Below the pieces are notes generated by a model. It was not told the origin of the DNA and did not search any database. It worked only from the letters and a program-made list of their open reading frames with translations. DNA of 64,000 bases from Macrostomum lignano (taxonomy: Eukaryota). Where the stretch lies: contig NIVC01001939.1 of NCBI GenBank assembly GCA_002269645.1, positions 82,029 to 146,028 of the forward strand, given 5' to 3'. Position numbers and translations under genes: made by a program. Shown piece by piece: positions 36,248 to 64,000 of this stretch; the stretch's first letter is position 1, and the number at the start of each line of letters is the position of its first letter.

Positions 36248-37495
36248 GCCACAATGGGTTATTAAACACCAGAGTGGGATGTTAAACACCACAATGGGTT
36301 ATTAAACATCAGAGTGGGCTGTTAAACACCACAATGGGTTATTAAACACCAGAGTGGGCTGTTAAACACCACAATGGGTTATTAAACATCAGAGTGGGTT
36401 GTTAAACACCACAATGGGTTATTAAACACCAGAGTGGGCTGTTAAACACCACAATGGGTTATTAAACATCAGAGTGGGCTGTTAAACACCACAATGGGTT
36501 ATTAAACACCAGAGTGGGCTGTTAAACACCACAATGGGTTATTAAACATCAGAGTGGGTTGTTAAACACCACAATGGGTTATTAAACACCAGAGTGGGCT
36601 GTTAAACACCACAATGGGTTATTAAACATCAGAGTGGGCTGTTAAACACCACAATGGGTTATTAAACACCAGAGTGGGCTGTTAAACACCACAATGGGTT
36701 ATTAAACATCAAGAGTGGGCTGTTAAACACCACAATGGGTTATTAAACATCAGAGTGGGCTGTGAAACACCTCAATGGGTTATTAAACATCAGAGTGGGC
36801 TGTGAAACACCTCAATGGGTTATTAAACATCAGAGTGGGCTGTTAAACACCACAATGGGTTATTAAACATCAGAGTGGGCTGTGAAACACCACAATGGGT
36901 TATTAAACATCAGAGTGGGCTGTTAAACACCACAATGGGTTATTAAACATCACAATGGGCTGTTTAACACCAAAGTGAGCTGGTAAACACCAAAGTGAGC
37001 TGTTTAACACCAAAGTGAGCTGGTAAACACCAAAGTGAGCTGTTAAACACCAAAGTGAGCTGGTAAACACCAAATTGAGCTAGTAAACACCAAAGTGAAC
37101 TGTTAAACACCAAAGTGAGCTCGTAAACACCAAAGTGAGCTGGTAAACACTAAAGTGAGCTGGTAAACACCAAAGTGAGCTGTTAAACACTAAAGTGAGC
37201 TGTTAAACACCAAAGTGAGCTGGTAAACACTAAAGTGAGCTGGTAAACACCAAAGTGAGCTGTTAAACACTAAAGTGAGCTGTTAAACACCAAAGTGAGC
37301 TGGTAAACACCAAAGTGAGTTGGTAAACACCAAAGTGAGCTGGTAAACAACAAAGTGAGCTGGTAAACACCAAAGTGAGCTGTTAAACACTAAAGTGAGC
37401 TGTTAAACACCAAAGTGAGCTGGTAAACATCAAAGTGAGCTGGTAAACACCAAAGTGAGCTGTTAAACACTAAAGTGAGCTGGTAAACACCACAA
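36248..37495. repeat. Compound satellite: 40-bp dimer (ttaaacaccacaatgggttattaaacaccagagtgggctg) switching at ~36960 to a 20-bp unit (gtaaacaccaaagtgagctg)
   Basis: Directly visible; the units share taaacac. Confidence 0.96.
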
Positions 37496-38371
37496 TCGGC
37501 AGTGAAGCACCGATATCGATTGGATACTTAAGCTATTTATGTACTACCAGATAAAATCTAGATATTTTTAATCCATAAAAATTCAGTGATTAAGAGTTGA
37601 GTATATGGCTCAAAAATTAGGATAAGACTTACTCATGGTGACTATGAGGAACCAGAGCCGCTGCCTGCTAAGTGGCGGGCAGCAGCGGCGGCTGAGAAAT
37701 TTGATCCAGCGAGTCTCCTCCCATCACACCCTGGAACCAGGGCTGGACAAGTGTGGCTGGACAAGTGTGCAGTGTATAGAAAACGATTACTATTATTAAC
37801 TAAACTCGCAGGTCCATTCTCAGGGCAGCAGCTGGTTGCTGAAATGGGATCTTTGGAGAGGAAAAAACTGGCAGAGGATTTCTCTTCGCATGCATACAGA
37901 GTGACCAAAACACAGAGAGAGAGAGAGGTCCGTAAGAGCAGAGAGGCGCATGCAGAGATGAAATGTAAACGTTCAAAAACAGTTTTTTTCGTCAACTTCC
38001 TTGCACCCGAAAGCAGAAGAACTGCTTCATCTCTTCTGTCTCTCCTTTCTCTTTCTCTCCCACTTGCTGCCCCAGACTCCAATGCGGCGACATCAACAGT
38101 GCGCTGACATAAAGCTTGGCACACAAAAGGCTGGAAAGGAGGAGTTTTAAAGCCGGTTGGTGCTTTCGGACGGGTTGGAGAGGGGTTGCGCAAAAATCCC
38201 ACTTTTCCTGTGTCTTCTAGTGCTGGCTCCGCGCGAAAAGCAAGTCCTGCAGGAGTGCAGCTGCAGAGTCTGATGGAGGCACAGAGCTGCAACCTAATAT
38301 TGTGAACGGGGCGCGGAATGACAATAAAAAATTTTACAAGTAAAAAGAGCGAAAAGACGGAGAGTGGGGTA

Positions 38372-38880
38372 GTGGATTAAGGGAGCAGATTTGAGGGAGC
38401 GGATTAAGGGGGCGGATTGAGGAAGCTGATTGAGGAAGCGGATTGAGGGAGGCGGATAAATGGAGGAGACCGATCGAGTGAATTAAGCCTGCGGATTAGG
38501 GGAGCGGATTCAGTGAGCGGATTAAGGTTGCGGATTAGGGGAGCGGATTCAGTGAGCGGATTAAGGTTTCGGATTAGGGAAGCGGATTCAGTGAGCGGAT
38601 TAAGGAAGCGGATTAAGGGAGCGGATTAGGGGAGCGGATTAGGGGAGCGGATTAAAGGAGTAGATTAATGCAGCGGGTTAAGGGAGTGGATTCAGTGAGC
38701 GGATTAAGGGAGCGGATTAAGGTTGCGGATTAGGGGAGTGGATTAAGGGAACGGATTAAGGGAGCGGAATAGGGGAGCGGGTTAAGGAGTGGATTAGGAG
38801 AGCAGGTTAAGGGAGTGGATTAAGGCAGCGGATTAAGGGAACGGATTAAGGAAGCGGGTTAAGGGAGCGGATTAAGGGAA
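38372..38880. repeat. 13-bp G-rich minisatellite (ggattaagggagc)
   Basis: Period 13 at 38701-38753; degenerate. Confidence 0.9.
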
Positions 38881-39916
38881 AAAGTTGATAGAGCGGACTG
38901 AGGGCTCAGCAGAGCAGTGCCAGAGAGCTTTGGCCAGAGGTTTCACTGAAAATCGGGCAAAGGTGGAGCAACCCAAATAATGCAGTGAGGAAGTGCGCAA
39001 GCTGAATACTCCGCAGCCGGCTTGAGAATCAGCTGGCTGCAAGCGTCTCAATTGAAGGCCGGATGTTGTTGTACGGAAAGCTGGGGCTGGGGTGGGGTGC
39101 AGTGCAGCTCAGTCTCCCACTTCTCATTGACCAGCGCACGCGGTCCAGGGGTACTGGCGCACCTTCACGGGGGTCAGCTGCGCCTCCAATTGGCAGTGAT
39201 TGGCGGTGCATTGTAAATTCTCGTATTCTTAGAGACAGGATCAGCATCGGAACTATTATTAAATCGTTAAGAGGGCCCAAATGCTTTCATCTAGTACACA
39301 AGCCCTCAGTGCATTCTTAGCTGCAATAGCATTCCATTGCACCAGACTGTTTTCATCTGGTTAAAGTGTCCTTCAGCTATGCAAGTACTTTTTGGGTATG
39401 TAGGAATAAATATTCGGAGGAGGACTGCTCTGAGTAGACACGGACTCATGCACACGATCACACAGGGCCTGAGCGGTCCTGATGACTTTCTCATCATCAG
39501 GCATGTACACTCTCGGTGCCTTGGTGCTTGGCTCGAGAGTTAGACGCGTTCACCTCTGCAGCCATATGAATCGATCAGCCGCCCCTCACGGATGCCAACC
39601 AAACTCAGTAGGTCGGGTTGTTTATCAAAGAACCTGCCGTGTGCCTGTCTCTCATTGGCTGGAAAGTTTCGGCTCCTGCACCTAGCTTCCAGGAAATGAT
39701 AGGCAACTGAAGGCCACTCCATTTTAACACTACAGTGACTGAAATAACTCAAATTCTGGAACTTCGGATTAATAACTTTGCAGCTATCAACTATGCTAGG
39801 TTAGCGTCCGACTTTCGTTATTAAAACATGGATAGACGCAGTGAAGACTAACTGAAGCAGCACAAGAACTCTCCTTCTCCGTCTTTCATTAAACAGAAAT
39901 ATCGTCTTCACTGGTC

Positions 39917-57976
<18,060 letters not shown>

Positions 57977-58399
57977 CGGCCAAGCGGCAGATTCGAACAA
58001 AGGACCGCTGGTAGAGAGATGACGGAATAGCCTGAACAGCATCAGCAACAAAATCTCCTGTTAGAGAGGCTCTTTTTGAACGGAAGGATGTGTCTCGTCT
58101 TTCCTGTCCTCGCGCGATTAGGCCATCAGGCCGCAACACTGTAGGAATTTTATTTGAAGGCTCAATTTTGCTTAGATAAGCATTAGCGAAAAAGAGAATC
58201 ACGTGGTGTGTTCTAAAAAAAGCAATTATCTTCTCAAATACTTTTTTCAAAAATCTTTTTTCTGATCTGTAAATTAAAAATGCTTGCAGATCATTGAATT
58301 CTGAAACTCCAGAAAAGTAATTAGAATAATTGATTACACCTGCGCTAATGGCCAGATGTGCAACCGACAGCTCAGCCGCAGCTATTGCGCGGCGCATCT

Positions 58400-58625
58400 G
58401 AAGGCTGCGTACGGCTGTTCAGTCCAAGGACTGGGGGGGGGGTCGCCACACACACCCTCAATTACCCCAGCTAATGCTGGCACCCATTTTACAGCTGGGT
58501 GAACTGAAGCAATGCAGAGTTAAGTGTCCTGCTGAAGGACACAAGTTGTTCTGAGTGGGTCGAGAATCGAACCCCCGACCTTCCAGTCGTGAGTCCGACG
58601 CTCTGACCTCTAACGCTCTAACTAG
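58400..58625 (-). mobile_element. tRNA-derived SINE with a V-SINE-like central domain
   Basis: B-box GGTTCGATTCT (58573-58563) in a tRNA-like head, followed by TGTGTCCTTCAGCAGGACACTTAAC...CACCCAGCTGTAAAATGGG, resembling the V-SINE conserved core (from recollection of the consensus). Confidence 0.7.
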
Positions 58626-59515
58626 GGGTTGTAGCCCAGCAAATCTAAACTAAGTCCAATAATTTAAATCTATCTTTCAAATTAAATAGGCCAAACAGAC
58701 TAATACCTATAATTTAGTGTCACTACACCTATTCACCTTTTATTGCCTTACAAATCGCAGACAACAACCAAAACAATCAAAGACAGGAACCGGAAAGGCA
58801 GATGTGTAACTGTTTCAAAAAAATGATTTGCTTTCGCCAGCCAACTAATACTCGCTGTAACATAGCTAATAATTGTTTTATGAATTGGTTTAGTCGCGTT
58901 AAAACAAAATCAAGTAATAATTAAGTCGTATGCTGCAAATGCTGTACGTAAGATGTTCAAGTGTACAGCACAAATTGAAAATAAATTCCCAAAATACTCT
59001 TCATAAAACTATCCTGAAAGCTTGTATCATAAAATTGACAAAATTGTAACGAGTCGTAAAGTCTCGATCGTACTCTTATTTTTAAAAACTGTACTCTCCT
59101 CTTCTCTGTGCTTGATACGCTCGTGTTTTAATCAAATAAAAATAGTATTTTATTGTGTAAAACTTCTATTTTAAACTTCATAATATTAATTCTATTTAAA
59201 TGAATGCCGTCTGATTGTCAAACAAAGACTTTTTATTTGTATTTTCTAGAGGAATTAGTTCTTTCTTAGAAAAGCGCGATGCCTTCCGTCCGCGCGCACT
59301 TTTACAGTTTTACGTTTTATATAATAAGCGATGGCGAGTGACGCCTAGTTTTGACAAGCCGAGAGCGAAAGTGATGAGTACAAAAATAACTTTTGTTACA
59401 AAGACTCCGGGCGATTCCAATTAAATACTCGTAATTAATCAATGCGCGCCTTCGTCATTGCGCGCTTGTGCAAGGTTGCGTTTAGCAGGCAGGATATTTT
59501 TCCCAGGGTCCAGCA

Positions 59516-59848
59516 CGGCGCTCTGATGTACCAGCGGCCCAGGCTCGATTCCAAGTGCAGTCACATTAATTTGAGGCTAAATTGGAATCTTGGCTTGGCT
59601 CTGCTCGTGCAATTAACGGCCTTGAGAGCCAACCCTCCAAGGCACAGTGAAGTGTACATGCCGAACGATAATATAAAGTTAGGGCCGCTGTACACTCCTG
59701 TGTGAGTGTGTGCCTGTGCGTATGACTGCGTACGTATCCGCGCGCTTGTGTGCCTGCTCAGGGGAGTCGGCGGAATGGGCAGCAATGCCTCTCGCCGGTT
59801 GTGACAATGTCGCTTGAAGTGCGCCAGGGTGCACACAACCCCCTGCCT
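59516..59848 (+). mobile_element. SINE-like interspersed repeat (longest copy, A-box missing)
   Basis: Matches 19549-19617 directly, and 19618-19820 and 41139-41258 in inverted orientation; B-box-like GGCTCGATTCC. Confidence 0.75.
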
Positions 59849-59994
59849 TTAATATTGTAAAATACCCACCCCCCATTTTTCTAAGGGGGAAGCTGACCCC
59901 TCTGAACTCCCTCATTGCAGCTAGGCAATAAAATTCAAATACGGTCGTATCTGGGGGGGGGGGGGGGCAGTGCCACCACCTCAAAAAATAAATA

Positions 59995-60170
59995 TTGTTG
60001 CAGGAGGGCTGCGGGCACCCTGTGGCGCAACGCCTTTGGCGACATTGTCACGCCAATTTGCGTGCACACGAGCCCTCAGATGAATGCGAACGCGCTCGGA
60101 ATCGAACCAGGGGTCCCCATCTCGAATGCTAGGTTCCCTGTCCCCTGGTCTCGAGATAAAATTTGTTTAA
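59995..60170 (-). mobile_element. Second SINE-like element sharing the 3' segment of the 59.5-kb family
   Basis: Perfect B-box GGTTCGATTCC (60108-60098). GTGACAATGTCGC and GCGCCA..GGGTGC are shared with 59801-59832. Confidence 0.5.
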
Positions 60171-61849
60171 GCGGTCAGCTCACCTGCCTGCATTGCTTAA
60201 TCTTTGCTCACCAGCCTTACAGACGCCCCGTGTGAGCAAACAGTTTGAGCTCGCAGTCCCGGGGGGGGGGGGCGGCCAGGCAGGCAAACACGGCATGCAT
60301 TGACTGTAATTAAAAGGCCTTTCCCATATCTATGATACCTCAGTCATCAAGCCACATCCGTTATGAGGCCCTTCGCTCGGCATCTCCACTTCCTTTATCC
60401 CGTTTTAATTAGGCCATCGATTCCCTTCCTTCGCTTGCCTGAGCCCAGGCTAGCACAAGATGTCATGTCTGCTCAGCTTCCGATAGCTAATATACGGAAC
60501 ACCCAGTCTCAACCCTCCACCCCACAAATTAAGCGAATGTTTGCCTTAGGGGTAGCAACTGCTCAACGCAATGTGCCAGCATGATATACTCATAAAAGCA
60601 GTTTTATGGCTTCAACTAAACATGCAGGTTTCAAAATCTAATATATATACCTTGAGCAAAAATTATTTGAAGATTTACATTGTAGAACTTTTTCTAATCA
60701 AAGAATCTACTTTTAGAAGAAGTAGTTATGACGAGTTTCATAACTTTAGACACGAAAGAAATGATTTTTCACAAGCTCCTCTCTCTACTCCTCACGCAAC
60801 CTGCACGCGACGACCATGACCTTAATCCCAAATCCCTCCCTCTGAGCGTCTTCTTCTCCCATCCAATCGATCCACTTATCTAGTCAAAGTAAATTTGAGC
60901 CAAAGAAATTACCAATTACCAACAGTCAGACAGGTGTGTCAGATAGTAAGTATAAGACTTGTCTCAATGCCTCAAAGCAAGTCTCTATATATCTGCAGGC
61001 TATAAAAAGCATCTGTGTCCTTCTGAGCAAATTTCCACATACATGAGCTCTGTATTGAATATGCTGACTGCATGGGGGGGGCATTAACGATTCAAACGAG
61101 GTATCCGTCAGCTGTTGTCGTGCTCACAGAAATTTTTTTGCATTTTACACCCGAATTGACAGCTCGCTTCTCCCTAAACTGCTCATTTGCATCTCAATCA
61201 GCTAACAATTATTATTTCAGCGACAACAGGGGAGCTCAATTTGATAAGCACGCACACAAAGAGAGGCTGCTGCTGAGCGGGAAGATAAGAATGCTGCATG
61301 GCAGTCTGCAATACGCATCTTGTCGAGAGAGGACACTTAGTAGTGAGGGGAAGGTAAATCTGGCGGAAAAATGCAATCGCAGATTAATTAAGACTTATCA
61401 GAACCGCTCGACAGTGTAGAGTAATAAAATAATAAGACCACACTTTTAACAGCCTCTGCTTAGCCCATCGTATTACCTTACCGCGAATATCTTGGGACAT
61501 GCCTGGGTTTCGGGAAGACAAGAACTTGTAGCTTTAGCGCGGCTCGTCCATAATTTTTTGCTACTGCTGCCACACTAATTAACAAAGAGATACGATGGGA
61601 GCCGCGGGACTGACTGTTGTTTTGAAATACACCGAGCTGACTCGTTGGCTGACTCATTATTGGGGCTGAGCGAGTACCGGTAAGATCGCTACAATAATCT
61701 GCAAGAATGAATACGAAGCACTTAATACTAATAATATACCTTAGCAAAGATAGGTTTGCTAACTTTATCGCTTTAGAAAATACGACAAACGGAACAAATA
61801 TTTACTGTCCGATTAAGGTTAACTATGAGTATATTTCCATCCATTCATG

Positions 61850-63170
61850 CAGGTAAACTAACCTCTGATCCTATTGAGACAGGCAAACTAACCTCTGATC
61901 CTATTGAGACAGGTAAACTAACCTCTGATCCTATTGAGACAGGTAAACTAACCTCTGATCCTATTGAGACAGGTAAACTAACCTCTGATCCTATTGAGAC
62001 AGGTAAACTAACCTCTGATCCTATTGAGACAGGCAAACTAACCTCTGATCCTATTGAGACAGGTAAACTAACCTCTGATCCTATTGAGACAGGTAAACTA
62101 ACCTCTGATCCTATTGAGACAGGTAAACTAACCTCTGATCCTATTGAGACAGGTAAACTAACCTCTGATCCTATTGAGACAGGTAAACTAACCTCTGATC
62201 CTATTGAGACAGGTAAACTAACCTCTCAGATCTTATTGAGACAGGTAAACTAATCTCTCAGATCTTATTGAGACAGGTAAACTAACCTCTGATCCTATTG
62301 AGACAGGTAAACTAACCTCTGATCCTATTGAGACAGGTAAACTAACCTCTGATCCTATTGAGACAGGTAAACTAACCTCTCAGATCTTATTGAGACAGGT
62401 AAACTAATCTCTCAGATCTTATTGAGACAGGTAAACTAACCTCTCAGATCTTATTGAGACAGGTAAACTAATCTCTCAGATCTTATTGAGACAGGTAAAC
62501 TAATCTCTCAGATCTTATTGAGACAGGTAAACTAACCTCTCAGATCTTATTGAGACAGGTAAACTAATCTCTCAGATCTTATTGAGACAGGTAAACTAAC
62601 CCCTCAGATCTTATTGAGACAGGTAAACTAACCTTTCAGATCTTATTGAGACAGGTAAACTAACCTCTCAGATCTTATTGAGACAGATAAAATAACCTCT
62701 TAGATCTTATTGAGACAGGTAAACTAACCCCTCAGATCTTATTGAGACAGGTAAACTAACCCCTCAGATCTTATTGAGACAGGTAAACTAACCTCTCAGA
62801 TCTTATTGAGACAGATAAAATAACCTCTCAGATCTTATTGAGACAGGTAAACTAACCCCTCAGATCTTATTGAGACAGGTAAACTAACCCCTCAGATCTT
62901 ATTGAGACAGGTAAACTAACCCCTCAGATCTTATTGAGACAGGTAAACTAACCCCTCATATCTTATTGAGACAGGTAAACTAACCCCTCAGATCCTATTG
63001 AGACAGATAAACTAACCTCTTAGATCTTATTGAGACAGGCAAACTAACCTCTCAGATCTTATTGAGACAGGCAAACTAACCTCTCAGATCTTATTGAGAC
63101 AGGTAAACTAACCTCTCAGATCCTACTGGGACAGGTAAACTAACCTCTCAGACCCTTTGGAAACAGGTAA
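61850..63170. repeat. 30-bp minisatellite (ggtaaactaacctctgatcctattgagaca) grading into a 32-bp variant
   Basis: About 42 copies; the 2-bp-insertion variant takes over after ~62360. Confidence 0.97.
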
Positions 63171-64000
63171 ATTAGTTTTTAGCCAGTGGAAAAAGCAGCC
63201 AGATACAGCTTATTTTTAACAAAGAAAACATTGTTTCAAACTCTTAAGTGTGCTCTAAAATAGCCACCTATGATTTTAACAATTAGCTGCATTTTTGCAT
63301 ATTGCGTCAACCAAAGCGGCCAAGAATGGGCAGCTCTCAGCCTCTCCAATCTACTGAAAAGCTGTCGTCTGTCTGTCTGTCTGTCAGTCAATCAGACGCT
63401 ATCTAGCTTATTATACTGAGCCCAACTTTTGAATTGCAATTGCAACTGCCGCCAACAACAACCTCCACCCCCACACGCATCCCAAAATGGCGGACCACAG
63501 CCGCCGCAGCAGCAGCCGCCTTTTTGGCGAGGCGGTGGGCCTTGTATCCAACGGGGCAGAAAATTGCTCAAATTTGCAACAACCCCCTTCCTTCTCCCAA
63601 ACCCCTTGCCTTTGCTTGCTGTGAATGCATATATTGCATACCGGTATATTGAGATTATGCCGATGATGATGACGCTATATAACAAGCTGAGACGACAGGT
63701 CAACGCAGATGATAAGGGAGACTGGAGAAGAGTGGGGATTCAGGGAGAGAGGGAGACAGACAGGAAGGCGATGACGGGCGGGGATCCGTCATGGGCTTTG
63801 AAAGGGCCGAGATCACCAGAGAGATGGAGAGAGCCAGACGGGCAGGTTGTTCCGTCGGTGATGAGAGGGTGACAGAGGCAGATGTTACAGACAGGCACGC
63901 GATATCATGACTATCTGTCATGGTCGTTGACTCCTCATTATAGGCTATGCGGCAAATTAAAAGGAAAATGGTTAATTACAAGTAAAAATTAAAAGCCTAA

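Noticed and set aside
37642-38292. 216-aa minus-strand ORF upstream of GRK
   Set aside because: No ATG-led recognisable domain, it includes GA-repeat-derived residues, and an overlapping antisense ORF is equally long. More likely promoter or 5' UTR sequence.
63392-63921. ORFs of 72-147 aa at the window end
   Set aside because: Low-complexity, overlapping on both strands, with no recognisable domain.

Overview
This is eukaryotic (animal) genomic DNA, not prokaryotic. Exons are GC-rich islands and about 43% of the window (my rough tally, ~27 kb) is tandem mini/microsatellite. That style suggests a free-living flatworm such as Macrostomum (inference, not shown by the sequence). I reconstructed three protein-coding genes by hand from GT-AG junctions with consistent phases. 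(1) The last two exons of a nicotinic acetylcholine receptor subunit (+, 1-859). (2) A complete 10-exon GRK4/5/6-subfamily G protein-coupled receptor kinase (-, 32375-9376, 588 aa), with a candidate alternative last exon at 6462-6412. (3) A complete 8-exon, 7-cadherin-repeat delta-like protocadherin (+, 39917-57976, 1088 aa), divergent from the GRK. Also present are a dead mariner transposon remnant, several tRNA-derived SINE-like copies, a foldback-like element and about 32 different tandem arrays. Nearly all long ORFs in the supplied track are translations of tandem repeats. The most interesting signals are: a different minisatellite in 15 of 17 introns with unit lengths tending toward multiples of ~10.5 bp; a 920-bp higher-order repeat; one satellite family at two inverted loci 46 kb apart; a nuclear-receptor (TCAAGGTCA) site array in the nAChR intron; direct repeats at the protocadherin intron junctions; and probable alternative GRK C-termini. 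None of this was checked against databases.
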